Shown: positions 48,749-58,960 of the stretch, one piece after another
Position numbering within the stretch: position 1 is the first letter of the stretch
Layout of the letters: each line of letters opens with the position of its first letter
NCBI GenBank assembly: GCA_963775465.1
Contig: CAVZIW010000006.1
Location: 224,001 to 288,000, forward strand
DNA from: Candidatus Bathyarchaeota archaeon
Lineage (GTDB): Archaea > Thermoproteota > Bathyarchaeia > Bathyarchaeales > Bathycorpusculaceae
Reading direction: 5' to 3'
DNA length: 64,000 nt
The notes under the pieces: model-generated
Told to the model about the DNA's origin: nothing
Seen by the model: only the letters and a program-made list of their open reading frames with translations
Database searches by the model: none
Program-made: the position numbers and the translations under genes

Positions 48749-50113
48749 ATGAAAAATTTTAAAAATCCAGCATGGAAAGAAGCTGTAAATAAAGTCATCC
48801 AACAAATTCAAGAAAACGACATTAAATTTGTTAGACTGCAATTTACAGACATAAACGGCCTGCTGAAGAATTTAGCTGTAAGCGCGAAAAACATAGAAAG
48901 CATCTTTGAAAACGGTCAATCCTTCGACGGATCATCGATCACCGGTTATAGACCGATCGAAGAATCCGACATGGTCTTGTATCCAGACCCAACAACTTTT
49001 GCAATTCTACCTTGGAGACCGAAAGAAAAATCAAGTTGCAGACTAATTTGCGATGTTTATACACCGCAAAACAAACGTTTTGAAGGTGACCCGCGATATA
49101 TTCTGGAACGAGCTATTGAGAAAGCAAACAAAGCTGGCTATACCTTCATTTGCGCGCCCGAACTCGAATTCTTTATGGTTAGAGAAAGTGAAACAGGTGG
49201 TCTACCCACTCCCATAGACCTAGCGGGCTACTTTGACTTCCATCCAGGCGACTTAACAGATGACTTGCGCCGAGAAATCGCAGACACAGCCGAAGCCTTT
49301 GGCATTGAAATCGAAATCAGTCACCACGAAGTAGCCTTGGGTCAAAATGAAATTGACTTTAAATATGGTGAAGCTTTGGAGACTGCTGATCGTGCTATAA
49401 CCATGAAGATGTGTGGCAAAGTTGTTGCAGCCCGCGCTGGTTACGTCGCAACCTATATGCCCAAACCTTTCCAAGGAATCAATGGCAGTGGCATGCACAC
49501 CCATCAAAGTCTCTGGAGCAAAGACATCACACAAAACATGTTTTATAGCGACGATAGCAAAAATGGCTACCTTTCCGACATCGCTCGCAACTTTATCGGA
49601 GGACAACTTGCTCACGGCCGTAAAATGGCAGCAATCCTAAACTCATGGCCAAACAGCTACAAACGACTCGTCCCAGGATACGAAGCACCAGTTTACCTTG
49701 CATGGGCACACAAAAATCGCAGCCCACTTATCCGAGTCCCCAACTTTGGTGGCAGAAAGACCGCGGCAAGATGTGAAATTCGCTGTCCAGATGGTGCAGG
49801 CAACCCGTACCTACAATTCGCAGTACTTTTGGCAACTGGCTTAGATGGAATAAAGAACAAGATTGACCCAGGCGATCCTGTAGAACTAAACGTTTACCAC
49901 ATGAGTCACGAAGAACGCAAAGAACGAGGAATAATTTCATTGCCAGAAAACCTTAAAGAAGCACTTGATGAACTTGAAACCAGCGAATTGATGCATGAAA
50001 CACTCGGTCCAGTTACCTTTGAGAACTTCCTCAAAGAGAAACGCTACGAATGGGATCTATACAGAACCCAAGTTACCGAGTGGGAAGTCAACCGATATAT
50101 CAAACGACTCTAA
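48749..50113 (+). CDS. glnA: glutamine synthetase type I
   Basis: FDGSSI, PELEFF, HHEVA.GQNEI, NGSGMH, YKRLVPGYEAP and EIRCPD motifs; start at MKNFK after an AGGAG SD. Confidence 0.95.
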   Translation: MKNFKNPAWKEAVNKVIQQIQENDIKFVRLQFTDINGLLKNLAVSAKNIESIFENGQSFDGSSITGYRPIEESDMVLYPDPTTFAILPWRPKEKSSCRLICDVYTPQNKRFEGDPRYILERAIEKANKAGYTFICAPELEFFMVRESETGGLPTPIDLAGYFDFHPGDLTDDLRREIADTAEAFGIEIEISHHEVALGQNEIDFKYGEALETADRAITMKMCGKVVAARAGYVATYMPKPFQGINGSGMHTHQSLWSKDITQNMFYSDDSKNGYLSDIARNFIGGQLAHGRKMAAILNSWPNSYKRLVPGYEAPVYLAWAHKNRSPLIRVPNFGGRKTAARCEIRCPDGAGNPYLQFAVLLATGLDGIKNKIDPGDPVELNVYHMSHEERKERGIISLPENLKEALDELETSELMHETLGPVTFENFLKEKRYEWDLYRTQVTEWEVNRYIKRL

Positions 50114-50159
50114 ACTCAGAGAAAACGAGCCCTTTTTGGGCTAACCTTTTTCCTTTTTA

Positions 50160-51431
50160 TTATTTGAATTTTTCGACCAATTTCTCGAGCGGCACAGTAC
50201 TTTGCTGCCTATTAGTCAAGTCTTTCAAAACCACAGCGCCTTCTTTGAGTTCACGTTCTCCAACAATAATTGCAAAATCGACTTTTCGTTTATCCGCATC
50301 TTCCAATGCTTTGACCATTTTTCGACCCATTACCTCAAATTCAACAGGTATACCGGCATTTCTCAAATTTTGGGCGATTTTGAGAGCTTCAAGTTTTAAG
50401 TTTTCAACTATAGGTATTACAGCAACTTTTTTCTCTACTTTGCTAAATAAGTTTGCCTTTTGGGTTTGTAATGCAATTGCAACACGGTCAATTCCATGTG
50501 CGCATCCAACTGCTGGAGTGGGCTCTCCACCGAAAATTTCAATTAATCTGTCATATCGTCCTCCCCCGCCTAGCGCAATCTCTAACTGGGGGGTGTAGAT
50601 TTCAAAAATAATGCCTGTATAGTATTCCAAGCCTCGAGCAAATCCAGCTTCTAATTTGATAGGGACATTGGTGTTTTCGGCAACTAGTTCTAGAACTTCA
50701 GATAATTTTTCAACAGCATCTCTGGCTTCTTCGTAACTCGCTGTATAATCTTGCAGTTGTTTAGCAACATCCAGCCAATCATTGCCCCGAATTTCAATTA
50801 ATCCCGTAAGCATTTTGCGGCATTTCTCTGATGCAATGAGTTGGAATGCTGCATCGTATTCTTTTTTGTCCATTAGCTGCAAAACAGCATTTTGGGTTTT
50901 TTCGTTAATACCCTCTTGGCTAAGAATGCTACGGATAATGCCTATGTGTCCGATTTTGAAAGCATAATCTTTCAACCCTAGCAATTTCATTAGGTTGTTA
51001 GATAGCAGAATGATTTCTGCATCGGCTTCAGGTTTGGAAGAACCAATTAGTTCAAAGTTTGATTGCCAAAATTCTCGGTACCTCCCACGCTGGGGCTCAT
51101 CATAACGATAGACGGTTCCAACAGAAAAAAGCCGCAAGGGTTTGGGATCTTTTTTCAGTGTCGTTGTTGCTAATCGTGCGATTGAGGCAGTGAATTCTGG
51201 ACGAAGCGCTACTTGGCGCTCGCCGAGGTCTTTGAAGACGAACATACGTTGACGGATTTCGTCTCCGGTCTTGGCGCTCAACAGATCAAGCTGCTCGACA
51301 TGTGGCGTAATAACTTCTTTAAAGCCGTAAAGCGATGCGGTTTCTCGTGCTTTATCTGTAATATATGTGAATGTTTGTGCTTCTTCCCCTATTAGATCTC
51401 TCATTCCGCGGACAGGTTGGAAATCAGGCAT
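50160..51431 (-). CDS. hisS: histidyl-tRNA synthetase
   Basis: RGMRD, LRPEFTAS, YRYDEPQRGRYREF, RGLEYYTG and GGGRYD motifs. Confidence 0.97.
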   Translation of the reverse strand: MPDFQPVRGMRDLIGEEAQTFTYITDKARETASLYGFKEVITPHVEQLDLLSAKTGDEIRQRMFVFKDLGERQVALRPEFTASIARLATTTLKKDPKPLRLFSVGTVYRYDEPQRGRYREFWQSNFELIGSSKPEADAEIILLSNNLMKLLGLKDYAFKIGHIGIIRSILSQEGINEKTQNAVLQLMDKKEYDAAFQLIASEKCRKMLTGLIEIRGNDWLDVAKQLQDYTASYEEARDAVEKLSEVLELVAENTNVPIKLEAGFARGLEYYTGIIFEIYTPQLEIALGGGGRYDRLIEIFGGEPTPAVGCAHGIDRVAIALQTQKANLFSKVEKKVAVIPIVENLKLEALKIAQNLRNAGIPVEFEVMGRKMVKALEDADKRKVDFAIIVGERELKEGAVVLKDLTNRQQSTVPLEKLVEKFK

Positions 51432-51473
51432 TTATTTGTGCTCCTAATCAAGCTAAATGGCACCATTATTCTA

Positions 51474-52292
51474 TTAAACTCTCGCTAAAGGTTTGCATGC
51501 TTCTACTTCAAGGCGCATCATACGCAAATGGACGGTGCCTTCAGCGTCTGTTGGGTGGTTATCGAGATAGCGGCGAGCTATTTCTTTAACAAACAAATCT
51601 CTTTTTTCGATGGGTAATCGTTCGGTGTAGGGCAGCCATGTGGTCCTTATCCACCCAATAAACCCTTTTTGACCAGAATGCTTCATGTCCCTTGGAAAAA
51701 GCTCAACACGTGTAGGCTTAAGACCTGCTTCATCCAAAAAGACTCGGTACTCTTCTGAACTAAAAAAGCCGTAAGGAAATTTAAAGTCGTCGAAATATTT
51801 TTTCCAATGGCTTTCAATTAACATATCGGTCAAAATGCTAATTATATCTTGGGCATTGCCTTTTCCAGCCATCTGAACAACAAGCCTTCCATTTGGTTTT
51901 AAAATCCTTTGCACACCCTGCATAACTGATTTCTGATCGACAATCCAGTGTAACGCTGCGTTAGAAAACACTACCTCGAATTCTTGGTTAAATATAAGTT
52001 TTCGAGCATCCATTACCTGAAAATCGAGGTTTGGGTAATCTTTTCTGGGAAAGGTGGTTTGGGCGAGTTTAATCATTTGGGGTGAAGAATCGATTCCAAC
52101 CGCTTTGCCTTTTGGAAGGCATCTTGCGAGTTTCGCGGTGATTTTTCCGTCGCCGCAGCCGATGTCTATCAAAGCTTCGGTTCCTTGGAGCTTAAGTTTT
52201 GGAATTAGTTCTTTTGCCCATTGGAGCTGGTTCGTAGAGTTCCTAGCGTAGTCTTTTGCATCCCAAGAGTAACCTGAGTTATTCATCTTCAT
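51474..52292 (-). CDS. class I SAM methyltransferase (Tam-like)
   Basis: WDAKDY, DIGCGDG and FSNAALHW motifs. Confidence 0.88.
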   Translation of the reverse strand: MKMNNSGYSWDAKDYARNSTNQLQWAKELIPKLKLQGTEALIDIGCGDGKITAKLARCLPKGKAVGIDSSPQMIKLAQTTFPRKDYPNLDFQVMDARKLIFNQEFEVVFSNAALHWIVDQKSVMQGVQRILKPNGRLVVQMAGKGNAQDIISILTDMLIESHWKKYFDDFKFPYGFFSSEEYRVFLDEAGLKPTRVELFPRDMKHSGQKGFIGWIRTTWLPYTERLPIEKRDLFVKEIARRYLDNHPTDAEGTVHLRMMRLEVEACKPLARV

Positions 52293-52869
52293 TTTGGTTC
52301 TGGTCGATTTTATTAAAGCTCAGTGGGGAAACAGAGTAATGAACAACTTCGCCACGTCGGTTTGTGACTGCTAAAATTAGCTCTTTTTTTTGGTTGTTGC
52401 ATTTGGTCAATGCATCTGATAGGTCGTTTACAGGTAGTGGTTTCCCCTCTTGCGTTACCATAATTAGATAGGGAGCGGTGTCTTTGCCGTAGGTGCCTCG
52501 CTCATAGATACGGAAGTCAATGCCACTCCCGAATCCATCGCGTACGACGTAGCCGCGGCTACGAAGGTCACGGTAAACAAGGTAGTTGACCCATGCGTTG
52601 TTGTTTTGAGCTGAATAGACGTACAAAAGGCTTTGGAAATCAATGGCTTTGCATTTTGCATCTTTGACTTCAAGCATGCCCTTATCTAGGAGATATAGTG
52701 CCTCGTAAAAAGTCAGTGTTAAAACCTTTTTCTCCAAAGTGCCGTATCCCCGAGAAGAGAGAGCATCTATGTTGCTCTGCTCAAAGATTACGATGCCTTT
52801 CTCTGCAAGGACCCCTGTAGTCCGAAATTCTACAGGTGTCGTCTTCTGGGATTCGCTCATTTTTAGCAA
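52279..52869 (-). CDS. endA: tRNA splicing endonuclease subunit (probably structural)
   Basis: YEALYL, VYRDLRSRGYVV and DFRIYERG; the catalytic His position reads T (KDTAPY). Confidence 0.85.
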   Translation of the reverse strand: MLKMSESQKTTPVEFRTTGVLAEKGIVIFEQSNIDALSSRGYGTLEKKVLTLTFYEALYLLDKGMLEVKDAKCKAIDFQSLLYVYSAQNNNAWVNYLVYRDLRSRGYVVRDGFGSGIDFRIYERGTYGKDTAPYLIMVTQEGKPLPVNDLSDALTKCNNQKKELILAVTNRRGEVVHYSVSPLSFNKIDQNQNEDE

Positions 52870-52877
52870 CTCTTCTT

Positions 52878-53906
52878 TTAAGCTAAAATTTTTCCTTTTT
52901 TGAAATCGCCAAAGTCCTTATTGTAGATAATGCGGTTCTCCGTTATGATGGCAGTGATATATTTGAGGGGTGTAGCGTCAAAGGCGGGGTTCATAACTTC
53001 AATGCCCTTTGGAGCGATTTGCATCCTTTCTATCTGGGTGACTTCTTCGGGTTTGCGTTCCTCTACCTCAATGTTGGCGGCTTTGCGGGTTAAGTCGAAG
53101 GTTGATTTGGGCGCGGCAACGTAGAATGGAATTTTGTGTTCATGTGCCAGAACAGCGACGCTATACGTCCCAATTTTGTTGAATACTGCGTCTTGCACGA
53201 TACGGTCAGCACCTACAATGACCAAATTGACTAGACCCTTACTCATGACATACCCTGCCATGTTGTCGGTGATAAGAGTGACTGGGATACCGTCGCGTTT
53301 GAGTTCGTAAGCTGTGAGTCTTGAGCCCTGCAATAGTGGTCTTGTTTCGTCGGCGATTACTTTGATTTTTTTGCCCTCTTCCCAGGCCTTACGGATAACG
53401 CCTAGAGCGGTTCCGTATTCAACGGTTGCTAATTCGCCCGCATTGCAATGAGTCAGAATAGTGTCACCGTCTTTGATTAGAATTGATCCGTGTTTGCCTA
53501 TTTTTCGGTTTTGGGAGGCATCTTCGTCTGCGACTTGTTGTGCTTCCAAAATTACTGCTTTCTTGACTTCGGCGGCGTTTCCTTTGACAGCTTTCGCCTT
53601 ATATAAAACTCGGTCAACTCCCCAAAACAGGTTCACTGCTGTGGGTCTTTGACGCTTAATGAATGCGCCTGCGTTTTCGAGTTCAACCAACAATTTTTCT
53701 CGGCTTGTTGCTGTAGAATGATAAGCTGCCAATGCAATACCAAAGCTGGCTGCTACCCCTAAAAGTGGGGCGCCTCTAACGCGGAGAACCTTTATCGCTT
53801 CAGCCATTTGGTCAACGCTATTAATTTCAAGGGTGACTTCTTGGAGAGGGAGTTTTGTTTGGTCGAGTGTGATGACGGTTCCATTTTGCCACTTAATCAT
53901 TCGCAT
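52878..53906 (-). CDS. mtnA: S-methyl-5-thioribose-1-phosphate isomerase
   Basis: LDQTKLP, VRGAP, RPTAVNL, THCNAG.LAT, ETRPLLQGSRLT and NKIGTY motifs. Confidence 0.92.
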   Translation of the reverse strand: MRMIKWQNGTVITLDQTKLPLQEVTLEINSVDQMAEAIKVLRVRGAPLLGVAASFGIALAAYHSTATSREKLLVELENAGAFIKRQRPTAVNLFWGVDRVLYKAKAVKGNAAEVKKAVILEAQQVADEDASQNRKIGKHGSILIKDGDTILTHCNAGELATVEYGTALGVIRKAWEEGKKIKVIADETRPLLQGSRLTAYELKRDGIPVTLITDNMAGYVMSKGLVNLVIVGADRIVQDAVFNKIGTYSVAVLAHEHKIPFYVAAPKSTFDLTRKAANIEVEERKPEEVTQIERMQIAPKGIEVMNPAFDATPLKYITAIITENRIIYNKDFGDFKKGKILA

Positions 53907-54096
53907 GCTCTTATCCTCGTTTTAGTTGAGAATAGTTTAGTTGGCGGCGGCAATGTTAAAGATTTTCTGTCAACTAACGATTACGCATTTGAATAAATGG
54001 TGCAGAAATTGGGTCAAAAATGTAACCTGAATTTTAGTTTTCATTTTAGGAGCATTTTTCATTTTTGATGAATAAAGAAAGAGGCTTTGAGTGAAC

Positions 54097-54849
54097 TTAA
54101 GTGGAATTATCAAAGGGCGATTTAAGTTGGGTAACGACTTCGACTGGAGAATCTGCTCCTGACTTTAGACGTTTTTTCCACTCTTCGCCCACTGCGATTA
54201 GCGAAAAGATACCTGAAACCTCAGCTTTGCTCTTCTTAACAAGATTAACGAGTGACTCTTGGGTTTCACCGCTTTTAATCATGTCATCGACGATTAGGAC
54301 GCTGTCACGTTTTTTAATGGATTCTTTGGGGATGTATAGAGTTATGGTTACGCCAGAGTCGCGCCCTAAAATAAAAGTTTCTTCTAAGAAAGATTTGACT
54401 CCGACTTCTTTGTTGCGTTTAGCAACGATGAGGTTGACGCCCAATGCATTGGCAACCATAGTAGCTAATGGAACACCGTCAACTGCGGCGGTTAATATTT
54501 TTGTTACGCGTTTTCCGGCGAAATTTGCTAATGCATGATTCGCAGCTTGTTGGAGTATGTTGTAGTCGCCCACGATTTCAGTGTTGTCAAAGTAACCTGT
54601 ATCGTCGAATTTGATGCGGCTTCGAAGTTCTGCTTCTAAACCGACAAGCTTAGTTAAGACACGCCAGAGCTGTTTGGCGCGTGTTGTGTTTGGTAAGACA
54701 TGACCTTTTGCGTATCGACTTAAAACTGTGACGGGTAAGCCTGTTTTGGAGGCGAGCTCCCGGTAAGTTATATTTCGTTTGTACTTCGCTGTCCGAAGTA
54801 ATTCAATTGTCATTAACCGAAGTTTTAAATCTTCTGCGTGAGTGCTCAA
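54097..54849 (-). CDS. HTH + phosphoribosyltransferase domain protein (PurR-like)
   Basis: TYRELASKTGLPVTVLSRY HTH and VLIVDDMIKSGET PRPP-binding loop. Confidence 0.88.
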   Translation of the reverse strand: MSTHAEDLKLRLMTIELLRTAKYKRNITYRELASKTGLPVTVLSRYAKGHVLPNTTRAKQLWRVLTKLVGLEAELRSRIKFDDTGYFDNTEIVGDYNILQQAANHALANFAGKRVTKILTAAVDGVPLATMVANALGVNLIVAKRNKEVGVKSFLEETFILGRDSGVTITLYIPKESIKKRDSVLIVDDMIKSGETQESLVNLVKKSKAEVSGIFSLIAVGEEWKKRLKSGADSPVEVVTQLKSPFDNST

Positions 54850-54978
54850 TTTTTACCTTATCCCCGATTTACATTTATGCGTCAAATATTAAACATTTAC
54901 TAAATATTATAACTTGAAGATTTATAACTTTCCGTCAAAAATTGAAGTAAACCGCGTGGAAGACTTTTTAACAACAAC

Positions 54979-55350
54979 TTATGTGGAGAATTTTGTTATA
55001 TAGACAGTCTTTCCCTCTTTGAAGGCACGCAGTAACTCACAATGGCGTAAAACTGCAAATTGGCGTTCCATCTCTTCTGGAGTCAAACTCAACTCAGCTA
55101 TTAATTCTTCCCTCTTGATTGTTCTTTTTTCGGCTACTATATTGTAGATCTGCTTTTGTAAGTCAGTTAACCCTTCGGTACCGTTTTGTCCCAGTTCTTT
55201 TCGGATAGTAAGAGTCGAATGCACTGCCAAAGGGTCACATGTTTTGGGTGGGTTCATAAGTTCAAAACAACAATCTTCACAAACGTCTTTTCCTTCAAAA
55301 TGATTCACTTGATTTGTTTCAAGATTACACCCACAGCGTGCACATTGCAT
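54979..55350 (-). CDS. Zn-binding + winged-helix hypothetical protein
   Basis: CARC...CEDC, CDPLAV and C-terminal FAVLRHCEL. Confidence 0.75.
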   Translation of the reverse strand: MQCARCGCNLETNQVNHFEGKDVCEDCCFELMNPPKTCDPLAVHSTLTIRKELGQNGTEGLTDLQKQIYNIVAEKRTIKREELIAELSLTPEEMERQFAVLRHCELLRAFKEGKTVYITKFST

Positions 55351-55394
55351 AAGATAATCCCCTTACATTTATTACTCAGCTAACCTAAAAATTA

Positions 55395-55973
55395 ATGTTT
55401 TTAAAATGGAGACCTGATTCTATAGTTCAAAGAGGGGCGCACACATTGCAGAAACTACAGCGGTTGTTCATAATTGCACTTTTCGGTTCAATAATTTTCG
55501 TTACCAATGTCTTTCTTCCATCCCCACTAAACTACCTCATAATAGTGGTTCAAGCTGTCCTTCTTGCTTTAAGTGGGGTATTCATCCCTAAAATCGGTGC
55601 TATGTCGGCCGGCGCAGTAGGGGGTCTTCTGACAGCATTAATCAGCGGAACTGCATTGGGTCCCTTCACATTCTTTTTTGCATTTCTCTTTGGCTTATTT
55701 GTCGACGTGTTTCTATTAATTTTCAAAGTAAAAGGTTCTACTCAAAGCATACGCAGAAATAGGATGATGGGTGCAATGGCTGTGAGTACGCTCTTAATTG
55801 CAGTTTCTAGCTATTTGGCATTTACAACAGGGTTTTTGTCATTTAGTCTATTTATTGAACGTAGTCTCATGTTAGATGCTCTAGTATTGTTTATGGGTCC
55901 AGTGACAGGTGCAGTTGCGGGTTACGCTACTTCTTACCTCTGGAATAAATATCTTCGTCATATCAACATCTAA
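55395..55973 (+). CDS. integral membrane protein (ECF S-component-like)
   Basis: About 5-6 TM helices of small residues; true start probably TTG ~55446. Confidence 0.6.
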   Translation: MFLKWRPDSIVQRGAHTLQKLQRLFIIALFGSIIFVTNVFLPSPLNYLIIVVQAVLLALSGVFIPKIGAMSAGAVGGLLTALISGTALGPFTFFFAFLFGLFVDVFLLIFKVKGSTQSIRRNRMMGAMAVSTLLIAVSSYLAFTTGFLSFSLFIERSLMLDALVLFMGPVTGAVAGYATSYLWNKYLRHINI

Positions 55974-56260
55974 AGATTTAGATCCTTTATTTGTTGGTCA
56001 ACGAGTTTGGCAATCATCAAATTAGAAATAAATACGCACCTAACTCCTAAAAGCTCAGCAAGTTCTGCGGGTTTCTGATCTTGTGTCACTAACAAAAGCC
56101 CCTTTTTGCCAGCGTACTCCACGATATCCCTGTCCTTGGCGCTCTTTAGTCCAGCTTCCTGAGCAGTTGTAACTTGATAACCTAAAGCCTCAAAGTATTC
56201 TTTTAGACCAGTATACATTTCGTCAAGGAGAAGTTTCATGTTTCCTTTTTTATGCTGCAA
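55970..56260 (-). CDS. DUF5615/Mut7-C PIN-like protein
   Basis: MKLLLDEM, KDRDIVEYA and LLVTQD motifs. Confidence 0.8.
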   Translation of the reverse strand: MQHKKGNMKLLLDEMYTGLKEYFEALGYQVTTAQEAGLKSAKDRDIVEYAGKKGLLLVTQDQKPAELAELLGVRCVFISNLMIAKLVDQQIKDLNL

Positions 56261-56278
56261 GATTATTAGCTTTTGCTT

Positions 56279-56923
56279 TTAGTCTATTAAGAGGATTGCA
56301 AAGGACTCAGGATTTTTTGCGAAGGGAAAAGTAACGGTTATGCCTGCATTGGCCGCGGTCTTTTTAACGTTGACTCCAACTGCATCTTCTGACCAACGTG
56401 CCAATTCAGGGTGTCTGCAAATGCGAGTCTCGGTGTTGCATTTTTCGCAGAGTTGGCAATGTCCAGAAATGAATGACAAGGCTAAACTATAGCCCTTGTT
56501 CATGGCAGCTTTTTCCAAATCTACCACGCTTTGTAGTATGTTTTGTTTGTCTTCTTTCCAGTCCTTCCAAAACTTTGCCGCCTTTTCCTTGATTTCCTTT
56601 GAGACTGTGGGGTCTGTTTCGGCAACCATAAGTTTCTTTAAAACTTCAGTGTCGGCTTGTGCGTTTGAGACGAACTTCATAAACATAGCATAGCTATATT
56701 CGCTGACAATTTTGCGAAATTCCTCAGCGGAAGGTGTGTATGGTGGACAGGCCAAAGTTTTGCCATATTGTTTGCAGCCGACTTTACATTTAAGGACCAC
56801 GCGGTCTTCTACAACGACTTTAGTCGTGGGAATTATTTTTGCATCTGCTGCGCCTTTTTCAAGTGCTAATTTTGCTAGAAACTGATATTTTTCAGTTCCA
56901 TTTTTATTTGGCATCTTTTTCAC
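56279..56923 (-). CDS. DUF2284 metal-binding protein
   Basis: KC.VGC..YG..LACPP, GHCQLCEKC...CRHP and EDAVGVNV motifs. Confidence 0.88.
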   Translation of the reverse strand: MKKMPNKNGTEKYQFLAKLALEKGAADAKIIPTTKVVVEDRVVLKCKVGCKQYGKTLACPPYTPSAEEFRKIVSEYSYAMFMKFVSNAQADTEVLKKLMVAETDPTVSKEIKEKAAKFWKDWKEDKQNILQSVVDLEKAAMNKGYSLALSFISGHCQLCEKCNTETRICRHPELARWSEDAVGVNVKKTAANAGITVTFPFAKNPESFAILLID

Positions 56924-57402
56924 TTAAGCTGGTTTGACAGAGTCTTTTGATATAAACATTTTAGTTAAATCTGCATAAGATGAACCATTGCCTTAGTCAT
57001 ATACAAATGATTTAGCAAAACCACTCCGCCGGTGCATTTTCTTTTCTAAAGTCAGAGGATAAGCTTCAACTGTTTCCTTACTCATCATTGTCCCCTTTAA
57101 ACATTCGGTTGATTCATTTTCTTACTTCTCCACACGTTAAAGAGCAATAAAAAACATTTTTTGAAAACTTTTAAAGAGTCACTTTACAAAACCTTTCGAT
57201 AGAATAGAGAGGGCTCTTAAAGTAGTCTACAGTATTATTCTCAGCTTTGCTCTGAGTCAATTTCTTTCTGAAAAATCAAGCTTTGGCAAGTTAGTGCTTA
57301 TATGTATTTGTTGTTGTGCAACGACTGTAACACATTTTAATTAACAACCCTTGAGAGATAATAATTTAAAATCTGTTGAAGCGAGTTTGAGGTTGTTTTT
57401 GA

Positions 57403-57597
57403 ATGGAAACAATGATGAAACAAATATCAAAAAGAGAAAACCGCCAAGAAACTTTTTGCAAACGCGAATACATGCCAAGAGTGCATGAAGTTAGAGCGCC
57501 ATGTCAATGGCTAAACCATTGTAACGACGGAAAATGTCCTGCTTTTGTAAGGCTGAACGGTAACTTTTATTGTGCTAAAACTCGTTCAATTACCTAA
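57403..57597 (+). CDS. small Cys-rich hypothetical protein
   Basis: 64 aa with five Cys (FCKR...PCQW..HC.DGKCPAF...YCAK); GAGG upstream. Confidence 0.5.
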   Translation: METMMKQISKRENRQETFCKREYMPRVHEVRAPCQWLNHCNDGKCPAFVRLNGNFYCAKTRSIT

Positions 57598-57607
57598 TTT
57601 CTTTTCT

Positions 57608-58519
57608 TTAATCCTTCAAAAATGATCTAGCTTCTTTTAGAATATTCACCGACTTTGAAAACTTTGCTTTTGTTTTCTCCGAGAGTTCGAGTTCGATAAT
57701 TTTTTCAACCCCTTCTTTTCCCAAAACTACGGGTACTCCGATAGACAAACCTGAATGGCCATATTCGCCATCTAGAGAGGTGGATACACTCATGACACGA
57801 TTTCTTCCCGTTAAAATCGCATCTGCCATTATAGCAATCACCATACCCGGAGCATAAACAGTGCTACCTTTGAGTTGAATAACATCTGCACCTGACGTTA
57901 CAGTGGCATGAACAATTTTGTCAAGTTGTTCGGATGTGAGTAAGCTGGTTACGGGTATGCCTGAGACAGACGCGTATTCAACAAGAGGAACCATACTATC
58001 ACCATGTTCACCAATCACTAATCCTCGTGTGTCTTCCCGCGAAACACTCAACTCGTTAGCTAAGTATGTTCTAAACCGCATTGAATCTAAAATGTTGCCC
58101 ATTCCAAATATGCAACATCTAGGTAATCCGCTCACCTTAGCTGCCATATAGGTCATTATGTCAACAGGATTTGTTACTATCATAAGCTTGCAGTCAGGCG
58201 CGTTTTTAATCACTTCTCTCGCTATACCGCTAACGATTTGGGCGTTGGTGTTCATTAGGTCAAACCGAGTCATATCAGGACGTCGGCCAAGACCTGCTGT
58301 GATAATTACAAGTTCTGAACCTGCCATTTCTTTGTAATCGCTAGTTCCGCGGATTTTGCCGTCAAACCCGATGGCTGGCGCTGCTTGCATCATATCCATA
58401 GCTTCACCTTTAGCTGCTTTTTCGTTAGAATCAATCAAAACAACATCGCTTATTTTGTAACGTAGAATATCAAAAGCTGCGGCGCTTCCAACTTTGCCTG
58501 CGCCAATAACAGTTATCAT
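57608..58519 (-). CDS. mdh: malate dehydrogenase (LDH-like)
   Basis: ITVIGAGKVG, RRPDMTR, VTNPVD, LDSMRF and GEHGDSM motifs; start moved to MITVIG. Confidence 0.92.
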   Translation of the reverse strand: MITVIGAGKVGSAAAFDILRYKISDVVLIDSNEKAAKGEAMDMMQAAPAIGFDGKIRGTSDYKEMAGSELVIITAGLGRRPDMTRFDLMNTNAQIVSGIAREVIKNAPDCKLMIVTNPVDIMTYMAAKVSGLPRCCIFGMGNILDSMRFRTYLANELSVSREDTRGLVIGEHGDSMVPLVEYASVSGIPVTSLLTSEQLDKIVHATVTSGADVIQLKGSTVYAPGMVIAIMADAILTGRNRVMSVSTSLDGEYGHSGLSIGVPVVLGKEGVEKIIELELSEKTKAKFSKSVNILKEARSFLKD

Positions 58520-58960
58520 TGTATAAAACCTATAGAATAAGATTAACAAGTTGAATATAACTAACGCGCTTAAAAGCCAATTTTGGTGATTATCTGATGG
58601 AATATTATTTCGCAACATTTCCAATTCTTGGTGTGGTTGTCAATAAAATCACGGGGAAAAAATGACTGATTGATCTTGACAAATTAATTCCATCAAGAAT
58701 GTGGTTCAGAAACCTTCAAAATCGTCTACCGCGACGCAGGCATTTTTCACTATATAGAGATCAAATTTCAGAGGCATTTTAGAATTTTTAGAGGTATTAT
58801 TTGCATTTAGAATTTTTTCACGTAAATTTAAATTATCCTGTAGAAAAATAATTCTTCTTCTAAATCTTGAGTAACGACAATCGCACTGTGGGTGTTTTAA
58901 GCGCTTACAATATAAGGGTAGAGTGTTATTTTATTAACTAACAAAGCTCTTGGGGGAAAT

